Shown here: piece by piece, positions 19,313-29,271 of the stretch
Numbering within the stretch: position 1 is the stretch's first letter
Layout: the number at the start of each line of letters is the position of its first letter
Assembly: GCA_033723415.1 (NCBI GenBank)
Contig: JAWVXD010000011.1
Span: 1-64,000 of the forward strand
Length of the DNA: 64,000 nt
Direction: 5' to 3'
From: Sulfurospirillaceae bacterium
GTDB lineage: Bacteria > Campylobacterota > Campylobacteria > Campylobacterales > Sulfurospirillaceae
Notes under the pieces: generated by a model
The model's input: the letters and a program-made list of their open reading frames with translations, nothing else
Told to the model about the DNA's origin: nothing
The model's database searches: none
Made by a program: the position numbers and the translations under genes

Positions 19313-20266
19313 ATGTTTATTATGGTAGTATTTCACAAAAAAATTAAGAGAGCATCAGTGATAAAAAAAGAGATTGATTGGTTGGCAATAGGTGCATTGT
19401 GTTTGGCTATGATGGTTTGGGCCAGCTCATTTATTGCATTAAAATCTGCGATTGGACCCATAGGGCCTATGAGTGTTATATTTGGCAGAATGTTTTTGGC
19501 AAGTATTTGCTTTTTATTTTTTATAAAGAAGTTTACAAAAATGAGCTTTACAAAAAAAGATATCAAATATTTGGCGCTTATGACTATATTTGAACCTTGT
19601 CTGTATTTTATATTTGAAGCTCATGCTTTAAAAAATACTTCAGCAGGACAAGCAGGCATGATAACGTCTATGATGCCCCTTATCACTGCGGTAGGAGCTG
19701 GTATTTTTCTAAACGAAATAATCACTAAAAAAATATTGATTGGCTCAACACTGGCTGTTTTAGGAGCTATTTGGCTTAGTTTAAGCTCAGGAACTTCGGC
19801 AGAGGCTATAAATCCATTGCTTGGAAACACTCTTGAATTTTTAGCCATGATTTGCGGAGCTGTGTATGCGATCGCGGCTAGGCATTTGAGCTCAAAATTT
19901 AGTGCCATTTTTTTAACGGCAATTCAGGCTTTCATAGGCGCAATATTCTTTTTCCCATTTGCCTTATGGGAATATCACACTACTACAATGCATATAACCT
20001 TTGATGCTGTTTTATGGGTTGGATATCTTGGGGTTTTTGTGACTTTAGGTGGATATGGCATGTTTAATTTTGCTCTTGGCAGGATGGAAGCAGCCAAAGC
20101 CTCCATATATATCAATCTAATACCGGTTTTTACTCTACTTTTAGCTTTTGTTATACTTGGAGAAAAACTAACATTTGTAGAAATTCTAGCTTCCAGTATT
20201 ATACTTGTCGGCGTTTTTATATCTCAATTTTCTTTTCAACAATTTAAAAGGAAAAAAGCTCTTTAA
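19313..20266 (+). CDS. DMT/EamA family transporter (start may be GTG at 19358)
   Basis: VWASSFIALK, two EamA repeats, ASIYINLIPVF..LGE. Confidence 0.88.
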   Translation: MFIMVVFHKKIKRASVIKKEIDWLAIGALCLAMMVWASSFIALKSAIGPIGPMSVIFGRMFLASICFLFFIKKFTKMSFTKKDIKYLALMTIFEPCLYFIFEAHALKNTSAGQAGMITSMMPLITAVGAGIFLNEIITKKILIGSTLAVLGAIWLSLSSGTSAEAINPLLGNTLEFLAMICGAVYAIAARHLSSKFSAIFLTAIQAFIGAIFFFPFALWEYHTTTMHITFDAVLWVGYLGVFVTLGGYGMFNFALGRMEAAKASIYINLIPVFTLLLAFVILGEKLTFVEILASSIILVGVFISQFSFQQFKRKKAL

Positions 20267-20271
20267 ACTTC

Positions 20272-21555
20272 TTATATAACACTTTTGATAAAAAACCGTG
20301 TCCCGCAAAGCAAGGAAATTTGACATTTTTGTAAAAATATACTTGCTTTGATCTCTTGTAATTTTGCTTTTACTGTTGCCAAGTCTGCAATAGAACGACT
20401 CAGTTCATCGGCACTGGCAAGTCCATTGTTAAATCTTCCTTTTGTGAGATCATAATAACTCTTTGAAGATAGTACTTCTTTACTTATAGCTTTTTCTCTA
20501 AACTTTAATGAACCTAGTGCAAGAATTGCATTTTTTAGAGTTTTTTTGACAGAGTTTTGATAGTCACTTAAATACAACAGTTCAGCATTTTTTTTGTAAA
20601 TCACAGACTCTCTCTCGCTTTTTTTCTCATTGCCATCAAAAATATTCCAGCTTATTGTTGCACCGATGTAACTTTGATTTGCATTTGTATAGCCATTGCC
20701 ATTTAGATTAAAATCATCTCCTTGTTTTTTAATCGCACCGACTAGAAATATCTGTGGGTATTTCTTGCTCTCTACTAGCGATATGTCTTGGTCGTCTATC
20801 TTCAACTTTGTTTTTAAAACTTTTATATCTTCCCTATTTGTTAAAGCAGTTTTGATTAGTGAGCTTTGGTCTATATTGATCTTTATAGCAGGTAAAATTT
20901 TTGGATCAGTTTTGATATTTGTTAAATACTGCAAGTTATTGATCAGATTCTCTTTTTGCTCATTTAAGGTTATAAGCTTTGACTCAATATCAAATTTTTG
21001 AGCCTCTATTTTATAGAGGTTTGATATATTTATAAGCCCGTTATCATACATGCTTTTAGCTTTTTTATATGAATCTTCTATAGCTGCTTTTGCTTCTTTT
21101 GTCGCCTCTATAGCTTTGTCAGCTGTAAATATCTTTGCATATAGTGTAGCAATTTTGAGATAAAGTTCCCTTTTTAATTCTGTAGTTTCCAAAGAGCTTT
21201 TCACAACTTCAAGTTTCGCTTTTTCTATACTTGTACTTATGGCAAAGCCTGTAAAAAGAGGGTAGGTTACACTTAAGTCGGCATTTATATTTGTGCGAGT
21301 TCCCATAGGCAGTGGATTTCCAAATCCTGGAAGATGCAGCATTGTAGTAGGCACATCTTGCAGCCTTGTCGTATTTAAGTGAATATCCAAAGATGGATAA
21401 TTCTTTGCTTTTTTGGCATTTAACATACTCTGTAGTGCTTTTGTCTGCTCATTTTTGGATTTTATGAGCAAGTTTTTATCAACACTATTGATTAATTTGC
21501 TAAAACTTGATGCATATAAAAAAATCGGTAAGATTAGAAATATATATTTTTTCAA
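20272..21555 (-). CDS. TolC-family outer membrane efflux protein
   Basis: Signal peptide, YPSL..., YPLFTG, SWNIFDG, RFNNGL motifs; operon with EmrAB-like genes. Confidence 0.88.
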   Translation of the reverse strand: MKKYIFLILPIFLYASSFSKLINSVDKNLLIKSKNEQTKALQSMLNAKKAKNYPSLDIHLNTTRLQDVPTTMLHLPGFGNPLPMGTRTNINADLSVTYPLFTGFAISTSIEKAKLEVVKSSLETTELKRELYLKIATLYAKIFTADKAIEATKEAKAAIEDSYKKAKSMYDNGLINISNLYKIEAQKFDIESKLITLNEQKENLINNLQYLTNIKTDPKILPAIKINIDQSSLIKTALTNREDIKVLKTKLKIDDQDISLVESKKYPQIFLVGAIKKQGDDFNLNGNGYTNANQSYIGATISWNIFDGNEKKSERESVIYKKNAELLYLSDYQNSVKKTLKNAILALGSLKFREKAISKEVLSSKSYYDLTKGRFNNGLASADELSRSIADLATVKAKLQEIKASIFLQKCQISLLCGTRFFIKSVI

Positions 21556-23096
21556 TTTTTATCCTTCCCTGTTTTGCCTTTTATTTTGACAAATAAAAGT
21601 ATCGTAAATATTGAGCCTATGACTCCCCAATGAGCTGCATCTGCAAAAACAGATGAGAAACCATAATTGTAACTCATAAATGTTTCATAATTTCTAAAAG
21701 ATGCTACAGTCTGATCCATCGAAATACCTAGAAAATTTTTAAAATTTTGTAGATAGTTGAATAGATATTGAGAATTTTGCAACTCTCCCATATGTGAAAA
21801 GTTTATGTTTTTAAAATATTCCATATTGTTTGTTGCCAGTGCAGTTCCAAAGCTTCCGCCTACAAATCTGACATAGTCCATCAGCACAATGGCAAGTTCA
21901 CCTTTTTCTGTTGGAGCATTTTGTAAAAGTAGTACTGTAACTGGCGCAAAGAACAATCCCATACCTATACCAAATGGAATAGTGAGCAGCTGGGCTTGTA
22001 CTAGAGGGGTATAATAATTCAGCGTCGGTAAAACAAAAATAGAAGTGATAATGTATATGACAGTAGCTATCAAGATCACGTTCTTTGCACCGATCTTGTC
22101 CGATAAAACTCCGGCAAGAGGTGAGAAAATACCTATAAAAACAGCAAAAACAAAAACTGATATACCGGCATCTAGAGTAGGCAACATTTTTATATGCTCA
22201 TAATAAACAGGCAAAAGATAAAAATACTGATACATACTAAACCCTAGTATGAAAAAGTAGATCAATATGCCGTTTGTAAAATCTGAATTTTTAAAAAGAG
22301 TAAAATCTATCAATGTATATTTTGAGTTCATTTCACTCAATATATATATGAGATATCCGACAATAGAAGCAAACAGTAAAAAACTCACTAAAGAATCATT
22401 CATCCAGCCTCTTTGCTGTCCTAAAGACAACATAATAAGTACTGATATGGTTGCGATTGAAATCCAAAAAAAGCTTATAAAGTTAAATCTGATTTTATTG
22501 AGATTTAAATCCTTCGGAAGAAAGATCAAGCTTGCGATAGTTAAAAGTATACCTATTGGAACATTGATAAAAAATACCATTCTCCAATTGTAATATTCTG
22601 TCAAATATCCTCCGATAGTGGGACCAAGTGCCGGAGCAAAGCTGATACCAAGACCAAATATACCCATAGCAAATCCTTGCTTTTTAGGTGGAAAATATGA
22701 AAAGATCATGATATGGCTTGTTACCATGATAAGAGCTTCTCCCGTTCCTTGAAAGATCCTTGCCATGATGATATAGGAAAGCTCATTTGAAATACCACAA
22801 ATAAATGAAGCCGTAGAGAAGATCACAATACCTGCGATAAAGACTTTTTTTGCACCGAATCTTTTTATCAGATACTCTGTTATGAGAAGCGCTATGGCAG
22901 CTGCTATCATATAACTGGTGATTATCCACTGTACTCCATACATATCTGAGGATAAAGGTCCTGTCAATTTTGGGACGATAACATCTACTATTGTAGTGTC
23001 AAGTATGGCCATAAAAGATCCGACCATCACGATTATGCTAAATATTGCTCGCTCTTTAGAGGTTATATCCCAACTGTTTTTGGCAGGTTCTTGCAT
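21552..23096 (-). CDS. DHA2 (EmrB/QacA) MFS efflux permease
   Basis: GSFMAILDTTIV, QWIITSY, ARIFQG, APALGPTIGGYL, WRMVFFINVPIG. Confidence 0.92.
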   Translation of the reverse strand: MQEPAKNSWDITSKERAIFSIIVMVGSFMAILDTTIVDVIVPKLTGPLSSDMYGVQWIITSYMIAAAIALLITEYLIKRFGAKKVFIAGIVIFSTASFICGISNELSYIIMARIFQGTGEALIMVTSHIMIFSYFPPKKQGFAMGIFGLGISFAPALGPTIGGYLTEYYNWRMVFFINVPIGILLTIASLIFLPKDLNLNKIRFNFISFFWISIATISVLIMLSLGQQRGWMNDSLVSFLLFASIVGYLIYILSEMNSKYTLIDFTLFKNSDFTNGILIYFFILGFSMYQYFYLLPVYYEHIKMLPTLDAGISVFVFAVFIGIFSPLAGVLSDKIGAKNVILIATVIYIITSIFVLPTLNYYTPLVQAQLLTIPFGIGMGLFFAPVTVLLLQNAPTEKGELAIVLMDYVRFVGGSFGTALATNNMEYFKNINFSHMGELQNSQYLFNYLQNFKNFLGISMDQTVASFRNYETFMSYNYGFSSVFADAAHWGVIGSIFTILLFVKIKGKTGKDKN

Positions 23097-23098
23097 TT

Positions 23099-24226
23099 TT
23101 ATTTTGATCTTTTGATAGCTACATTTGCACTCATACCGACTTTTAATCCATCAATCTTTTCTAAAGAGATGCGTACCGTAAATCTTTGGTCAAGCTTTGT
23201 AAACTCACCGCTTGCTATATCTCTTGGAACTAGTGAAAATGTTGATGCTGATGTCGGTAAGATCTTTTCGACCTTGCCTGTGTATTCTTTGCCATCAAGG
23301 GCATCCGGTTTGATTGATACAAGATTACCTATCTTTACGCCATGTAACTTTTTCTCAGACAGAAGTACTTCTACATGCAATTTTTTTGGATTGATTACGT
23401 AGTATATCGGATATCCTGAGCTTACGACTTGATCTACATTTGCAATCTTTTTTGCGATGATACCATCATATGGAGCTATCAGATTACAATATGAAATCTT
23501 GTTTTCAATTGCTTCTTTATCATCATTTAGTGCTTTTATCTTTGATTCAAGCGCCAAGATTGTTTTATTTAACTCTTTTGTGGAAGTTTTCTTTATTGCA
23601 GAGAGAGTTGCAGCATCTTCGACATTGTTTAGATTTGAAATCACAGAATCTAATTCTTGTTTTTGTGATAAAATCATATCTGATAGTGAATTTTTGGCAG
23701 TTAGGATATTTTCATAGTTATTTTTTGCAACAAGTTTCTCTTGTAGCATTCGTTTGTATCTTTTGGCATCTAGTTCTAATTTAGACAGCTTTGTTTCATT
23801 TGCTTTGATAGAAAGCTTTAATGACTCTATCTTGCTTTTGTATGATACTATATTGTTTTTTGCTATTTTTTCACTTAGATCAAGCTCTTTAGTGACTCTG
23901 GCGTATTTTTCTTCAAGGGCAGATTTACTCATCTTAAGAGAAGTAATAGAATTCTTTATTTTATTTAGCGTTACCAAAAAATCTTTATCATCGATACGAG
24001 CTAGTATTTCACCTTTTTTTATACTATCACCTTCATTTTTGGTCATATTTTTTATCTTACCTTTGACTTTAAAACTAAGAAGTGCAATAGAATCACTCTT
24101 TATAAAAGCAGCATCACTGACAGCATTGTCTGATCTGAATTTCAGATAGGCATATCCCTCGTAGCCAAAAAATAAAACCAATACCAATATAACAATATTT
24201 CCGATTTTTTTCATACGATATTCCAA
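23099..24226 (-). CDS. HlyD/EmrA-family periplasmic adaptor subunit (likely start ATG 24214)
   Basis: Lipoyl-like halves and coiled coil; TSASTFSLVPRDIASGEFTKLDQR, GMSANV. Confidence 0.9.
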   Translation of the reverse strand: MEYRMKKIGNIVILVLVLFFGYEGYAYLKFRSDNAVSDAAFIKSDSIALLSFKVKGKIKNMTKNEGDSIKKGEILARIDDKDFLVTLNKIKNSITSLKMSKSALEEKYARVTKELDLSEKIAKNNIVSYKSKIESLKLSIKANETKLSKLELDAKRYKRMLQEKLVAKNNYENILTAKNSLSDMILSQKQELDSVISNLNNVEDAATLSAIKKTSTKELNKTILALESKIKALNDDKEAIENKISYCNLIAPYDGIIAKKIANVDQVVSSGYPIYYVINPKKLHVEVLLSEKKLHGVKIGNLVSIKPDALDGKEYTGKVEKILPTSASTFSLVPRDIASGEFTKLDQRFTVRISLEKIDGLKVGMSANVAIKRSK

Positions 24227-24298
24227 TTTTGAAAATTTCTAAAATTATATCGCTTTAAGATTGAATGTTAACTTTTGAGAGAAGAGTAGAGGGAAAGT

Positions 24299-24337
24299 TT
24301 TACACCTTGCCTAGCTTGGCAAGTGGCAAGGTGTAAA
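24299..24337 (-). terminator. Terminator hairpin downstream of the cyc2-like gene
   Basis: Perfect 13-bp stem TTTACACCTTGCC / GGCAAGGTGTAAA followed on the minus strand by a pyrimidine tract. Confidence 0.75.
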
Positions 24338-24352
24338 TAAGAAGATATATGA

Positions 24353-25561
24353 TTAAAACATAAACCAGCCGATTAGGAATACGTTGTTGTTGTCTGAAGC
24401 ACCAACACTTGTTCCACCAAATTTAGTATAGTTATTAAATTGTGCAGCTAGTCTAATTTTTTCTGTTGGGACATAATCAAATTGAACTGTTGTTCCAGCA
24501 TTTTGAGTAGCTGAATTTAGTGAATCTGATACATAATCTAGAGTTATTCCATATTTTTGTTTATAGAAGTAGCTGATTTTTGCTTTATTAGTTTCAAGTT
24601 TATCAGTAGCACCACCACTTTGAGTTTCCCAAGTTTTGCTTGCTTGTGCTGTGATCAGGTGATCTCCATGGTTATACTGCCATTCTGCATCAAATGCGTG
24701 ATCTTTATATGTAACTGCAGCATCAGGAGTCGGGTCATAGTAGTGTCCTATTACTTTAGATCTTAAGTATTGTGCACCGACCATAACATAGTTGTCACCA
24801 AAATTGTGTTGTAGAGCAATTCTTGCATATGGAGATATGCCATCAGCATAATCATAACCAGCGCCACCGATATCTTTTATATTTGCAGCTGTGTCAGTTG
24901 AAAAATGAAAAACATTTAATAGTCCAGATGCTTTTGAACCTTTATATGCGTCAAACTCTGTATATAACCAGTTATTCCACATAGCATAAGCGCCAAGTCC
25001 AACTACATTATCTAGTCCGTCAAGTTTTGTTCCGCCGTTGTTAACGCCGCCTGCATAAGGATAACCCCAAGCAGAAGTACTATTCCATAAATCTTGTACT
25101 GTAGGACTATTATTTACTGTAAATCCATAATCAATAAACATTCCCTTTGCTTTTGTGGAATTCGCATATCTGAAATCCATATTGTCAGCACCAAAGATAC
25201 CTGCATCATCTAAGGTAGTTTGAACAAATGCACCTACATGATCTGTAATTTTACCACCGAAGAATATACTTGATTGTGGAATTTTTAGTGCATGATCAGC
25301 TGCAGTTGAATGTTTATTCATAGTGGAAGTCACTTGGATCATAGCTGCAAATTTAGAAGCTAAACTAGTATCTCCACCTTCTGTTGTATAACCGTGAAGC
25401 TTGAAATCTCGACCAGTTTGTGTTAATTCTGGAAACACTGTGTGACATGCAGAACAATTAAGTCCTGTTTGTCTTGCAAAAGCAGGGATAGCATTTGCAT
25501 TGTCTACAAGAGCAGCTGCAAGTAATGCACCGGCTGCAAGATACTTCAATGAAGTTTTCAT
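24353..25561 (-). CDS. cyc2: Cyc2-family outer-membrane monoheme cytochrome c-porin fusion (candidate iron oxidase / electron conduit)
   Basis: Signal peptide ending ANA, then IPAFARQTGLNCSACHTVFPELTQTGRDFKLHGY (Cyc2 signature); beta-barrel motifs NNSPTVQDLWNST, PYARIALQH, YFYKQKYGI; C-terminal aromatic residue (WFMF). Confidence 0.85.
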   Translation of the reverse strand: MKTSLKYLAAGALLAAALVDNANAIPAFARQTGLNCSACHTVFPELTQTGRDFKLHGYTTEGGDTSLASKFAAMIQVTSTMNKHSTAADHALKIPQSSIFFGGKITDHVGAFVQTTLDDAGIFGADNMDFRYANSTKAKGMFIDYGFTVNNSPTVQDLWNSTSAWGYPYAGGVNNGGTKLDGLDNVVGLGAYAMWNNWLYTEFDAYKGSKASGLLNVFHFSTDTAANIKDIGGAGYDYADGISPYARIALQHNFGDNYVMVGAQYLRSKVIGHYYDPTPDAAVTYKDHAFDAEWQYNHGDHLITAQASKTWETQSGGATDKLETNKAKISYFYKQKYGITLDYVSDSLNSATQNAGTTVQFDYVPTEKIRLAAQFNNYTKFGGTSVGASDNNNVFLIGWFMF

Positions 25562-25652
25562 TTATTTTCTCCTTATTTATATAATTGTAAGCTAATCCAG
25601 ATTCAGCGAATAAATCTTCTATAGCACCAAGCTTTTTTACTCCTACAGTGAA

Positions 25653-25706
25653 ATTCTAGAGGTATTTTCATAAAGATACATTGATTTTTTGATTAACTTT
25701 GATTAA
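25653..25706 (-). promoter_or_regulatory. Putative cyc2 promoter: -10 TAGAAT plus tandem direct repeats upstream of the -35 region
   Basis: Minus-strand TAGAAT at 25653-25658; TTTGATTAA repeated at 25688-25696 and 25698-25706 (10-bp period). Confidence 0.45.
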
Positions 25707-25897
25707 TCTTATATTTAATATTTCCTGATAGAATGACAAAAATCTGACTATTTCAGTTACGCGATAATTTTTTTAATTTTATAATTTACTTTATAGCTTT
25801 AAATAGTATAAATTATTATAATTATTATAAATATATATAATGTTATTTAAAATGTTAATTCTTTTTAATTATTCTTAGTAGCTTACAAATTTTTTTG

Positions 25898-25906
25898 TGA
25901 TATAAT
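25898..25906 (+). promoter_or_regulatory. Extended -10 promoter for the two-component operon
   Basis: TGaTATAAT about 130 nt upstream of the response regulator ATG. Confidence 0.45.
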
Positions 25907-26036
25907 TTCTTCTTGTTATAGAATAAAAATCTACAATATGCTTAATATTACGGCATTGTAGTTCCAAGTAGAATTTTAAATTCAAATTAATTTTTAGAGT
26001 TTTTAATTAATAATTTTTATAGAAAAGTGGTAATTT

Positions 26037-26705
26037 ATGAATATTTTAGTAGTAGAAGATGACGCTCAGATAGCCTCATATTTACAAAAAGGGCTGCTTG
26101 AAGAGTCTTTTTCGGTTGATGTTGCAAATGACGGAGTTGAAGGTCTTGCTTGTATTAGAAAAAAAACTTATGATGTTATTGTATTAGATTGGATGCTTCC
26201 TAATTTGGACGGTATAGATATTTGTACAATTGCAAGAAAAAACAACATAAATACACCTATTCTGATGCTTAGTGCAAAAAGTAGCATTCAAGATAGAATT
26301 GAAGGTTTAAATAGTGGAGCAGATGACTATCTGCCAAAACCATTTTCATTTGATGAACTCATTGCCAGGATAAATGCTTTATTAAGACGAAAAAAATTTC
26401 AAAAAGCAAATATATTAGAAATAGCGGATCTTGTTTTTGATATAACCGAGCGAAAAGCTACAAGAGCAGGCAAATTGATCACTCTTACCATAAAAGAATA
26501 TGAACTCTTAGAGATATTGATGGAAAATAAAGGTCATGTCGTAAGCACAAAAAAGATAATCTCTCATTTGTGGAAAGATGAAACAATATCAAGCAATATC
26601 ATAATAGTCCTAATCCACCACCTAAGAAGCAAGATAGATGACGGACATTCTAAAAAACTGATAAAAACGATACGAAAAATCGGATATAAGATAGATGATG
26701 TTTAG
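26037..26705 (+). CDS. OmpR-family response regulator (CusR/CzcR-like)
   Basis: ILVVEDD, LDWMLP, GADDYLPKPFSFDELIARINALLRR, winged helix LRSKID...TIRKIGY. Confidence 0.92.
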   Translation: MNILVVEDDAQIASYLQKGLLEESFSVDVANDGVEGLACIRKKTYDVIVLDWMLPNLDGIDICTIARKNNINTPILMLSAKSSIQDRIEGLNSGADDYLPKPFSFDELIARINALLRRKKFQKANILEIADLVFDITERKATRAGKLITLTIKEYELLEILMENKGHVVSTKKIISHLWKDETISSNIIIVLIHHLRSKIDDGHSKKLIKTIRKIGYKIDDV

Positions 26706-28083
26706 CAATATCAGAAGCATAAAATCAAAGATTTTTCTCTCTTACGGTGCTATCTTGATAGTAGCCGTAGTCTTTTCAAATTTTATGTTTTATTCTTTGG
26801 CTAAAAGATATTTCTATAATAATACAATACAGGCATTGGAAAGTATCTCCAGAGATGTTATCGTGGATGATATAGAAGGTAAAAATTTAAAGAACGGCGT
26901 TACATTGGCAGTTCATAAATACAAGTTTAGTATACCAAATGTTTACATTCAAGCCAGATATAAAGATAAGGTTGTTCTAAAATCAAAGAACATGAGAAAC
27001 CTTGAATTACCGAAATACGACTTTTCTCAGAAAAGTGCTATTACTTTTGTAAAAATAAGTGATATTTCTAAATATGAACTCATAATTTATGCAACAAAAA
27101 TAGAATCAGACAAAGATTATACAGTGCAAATTGCTACAACCAATGAGCAGGAAAAACAACACCTTTCAAAAATCTTACATATGTTTTTAGTTGGTGATCC
27201 TATATTTATATTAGTTATATTGTTGATCATTTATAAAATGCTTTTGGATATACTCAAGCCCATGAATACCATCATAAGAACCGCTAAAAACATATCAATA
27301 ACAGATTTGGATAAAAGAATTCCATATAAAGATAACGGAGATGAGTTTGCAGAACTTGCAAAAACATTCAATAAAATGCTCTCTCGTCTTCAGTCGTCTT
27401 TTGACCAAATCAAGAGATTTAGTTCAGATGCGTCACACCAGCTCAAAACACCTCTGACTTCAATGCGTGTACAAACAGATGTTGCATTAAAAATGGATAG
27501 AGATGTTGATGAATATAAAAAAGTTTTAAAATCAATAAACGGTGAGATCATATATCTTCAGGAGATGATAAACGACTTGTTTTTATTAACGCAGATGGAT
27601 GATGAGATAATCCAAAAAAATTTCAAAAATATAGACCTTGACAATATTTTGATGAATGCAATCGGAGAATTTGTTTTGATAGCAAACAAAAAAGGTGTCA
27701 ATTTAGATATAAAAGATATAAAAAGCACTCCTATCAAGGGCGAAAATACTCTAGTTTCTATCCTATGCTCGAACCTCATAGACAATGCTATAAAGTATAC
27801 TCAAAAAGGCAAAAGTGTTTCCATAGAACTAAAGGACAACACTGTTATTGTAGAAGATGAAGGAATCGGAATCAAAGAAGAAGATTTAAAACATATCTTT
27901 GATAAGTTTTTCAGAGTGCATTCCGGAAGATCTGAAGGAGTTCAGGGTTATGGACTAGGGTTGTCTATAGTTAAGATCATAGCAAATCTCCATAATGCAC
28001 AGATACGCATAGAAAGTAAAATTGGAGTTGGAACCAGAATAGAAGTAGAATTTCCAACTGTTGATTCGAATCAAAATTTATAA
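26695..28083 (+). CDS. HAMP-HisKA sensor histidine kinase (CusS/CzcS-like)
   Basis: Two TM segments, HAMP (DEFAELAKTFNKML), H-box ASHQLKTPL, NLIDNAIKY, DEGIGI, GYGLGLSIV. Confidence 0.92.
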   Translation: MMFSNIRSIKSKIFLSYGAILIVAVVFSNFMFYSLAKRYFYNNTIQALESISRDVIVDDIEGKNLKNGVTLAVHKYKFSIPNVYIQARYKDKVVLKSKNMRNLELPKYDFSQKSAITFVKISDISKYELIIYATKIESDKDYTVQIATTNEQEKQHLSKILHMFLVGDPIFILVILLIIYKMLLDILKPMNTIIRTAKNISITDLDKRIPYKDNGDEFAELAKTFNKMLSRLQSSFDQIKRFSSDASHQLKTPLTSMRVQTDVALKMDRDVDEYKKVLKSINGEIIYLQEMINDLFLLTQMDDEIIQKNFKNIDLDNILMNAIGEFVLIANKKGVNLDIKDIKSTPIKGENTLVSILCSNLIDNAIKYTQKGKSVSIELKDNTVIVEDEGIGIKEEDLKHIFDKFFRVHSGRSEGVQGYGLGLSIVKIIANLHNAQIRIESKIGVGTRIEVEFPTVDSNQNL

Positions 28084-28101
28084 TACAACAAAGGAAATTT
28101 T

Positions 28102-29271
28102 TTGAAAAAGTTTGATAAAGGTGAAGTGCTAACCATATCTTTTAGTCACTTTGCTCATGATATATACTCTTCATTTTTGGCACCTATGTTGCCGTTTTTG
28201 ATATCAAAACTTGGTATAAGCCTCTCAGAAGCATCTCTTTTTGATATTGCAAGAAGAATACCTGCACTTTTTAATCCATTATTTGGCTTGATGGCAGAAA
28301 AAAGCAGCATAAAATATATAGTCATATTTACACCATCCATAACGGCTATTTCTATGAGCTTACTTGGACTTGCCAATTCTTATATCTTGGCTCTGATCTT
28401 ACTTTTTGTTGCAGGACTCAGTGCTGCACTTTATCATATACCTTCACCTGTGATGATCAAAGAAGCTTCGGGCAGTAAAGTAGGTACAGGTATGAGCTTT
28501 TTCATGGTTGGCGGAGAAGGTGCAAGAACCGTAGGACCGTTAGTTATCACAGGAGCTATCTCACTATGGGGACTTGATGGTACATACAGACTTGTACCAT
28601 TTGGACTACTTGCTTCAGCATTGCTTTTTTACAAACTAAGAAATTTTCATTTAGATACATCACTTCGTAAAAAAAGAGAGAAAGGGGATACAAAAAAATT
28701 TCTCGTCAAATATTATCCTTTTTTTACCGGTCTGGGTGGTTTTTTAATGTTTCAATCTGCTATGAAGTCAGTTTTGGTTCTATATTTGCCTGTTTATCTT
28801 ATGCATCATGGCGCAGATATTTGGAGGGCGGGTATCTCTTTGTCTGTTTTGGAATTTTTTGGTGTCGCAGGAACTTTGTTTGCAGGCTCTTACTCAGATA
28901 AGATCGGTAGACACAATATGCTGCTTATCTCAACTGTCATGTCGGCTGTTTTTATGGTTTTATTTGTACTGTTTCACTCTGTTTTGCTATTTCCGATACT
29001 TGCTGTTTTGGGGTTTTTCTTATTTGCATCGGGACCTGTACTTATGGCTAGTGTTCAAGATCTGAATTCTCATATGCCTACTTTTGCAAATAGTTTATAT
29101 ATGAGTGTAAATTTTGGAGTAAGTTCTATTGTGGTTTTTATGATAGGATTATCAGGAGATTATTTAGGATTGGATATTACATACAAGGTTACAGCAGCTT
29201 TGGCATTTGTATGTATTCCTTTTACACTGTTTTTGAAAAAAATTATGCAAGGATTAAAAAATGAAAACTAA
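28102..29271 (+). CDS. MFS transporter, Fsr (fosmidomycin resistance)-like
   Basis: SHFAHDIY, ALYHIP, GMSFFMVGG, SDKIGR. Confidence 0.8.
   Translation: MKKFDKGEVLTISFSHFAHDIYSSFLAPMLPFLISKLGISLSEASLFDIARRIPALFNPLFGLMAEKSSIKYIVIFTPSITAISMSLLGLANSYILALILLFVAGLSAALYHIPSPVMIKEASGSKVGTGMSFFMVGGEGARTVGPLVITGAISLWGLDGTYRLVPFGLLASALLFYKLRNFHLDTSLRKKREKGDTKKFLVKYYPFFTGLGGFLMFQSAMKSVLVLYLPVYLMHHGADIWRAGISLSVLEFFGVAGTLFAGSYSDKIGRHNMLLISTVMSAVFMVLFVLFHSVLLFPILAVLGFFLFASGPVLMASVQDLNSHMPTFANSLYMSVNFGVSSIVVFMIGLSGDYLGLDITYKVTAALAFVCIPFTLFLKKIMQGLKNEN

Noticed and set aside
19164..19357. Long leader before the EamA gene with faint lysine-riboswitch-like words (GCCG, TTGGG, GAATA) and a ~40-codon open frame
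   Set aside because: Lacks the conserved AGAGG core and convincing helices; the open frame has no suitable start or recognisable product. An Infernal/Rfam scan would settle it.
25562..25650. Small hairpin (AGATTTA-ttcgc-TGAATCT, minus strand) in the cyc2 5' leader as a possible riboswitch
   Set aside because: No match to c-di-GMP, Moco, TPP, SAM or Mn riboswitch cores that I can recognise
25790..25860. AATTATTATA-type repeats in the cyc2-TCS spacer
   Set aside because: Low-complexity AT sequence, not distinguishable from chance; no CRISPR-like repeat-spacer periodicity
27430..27456. H-box HQLKTPL lacking the acidic residue after His (possible pseudokinase)
   Set aside because: HQ variants are common in functional kinases, and the ATP-binding boxes are intact
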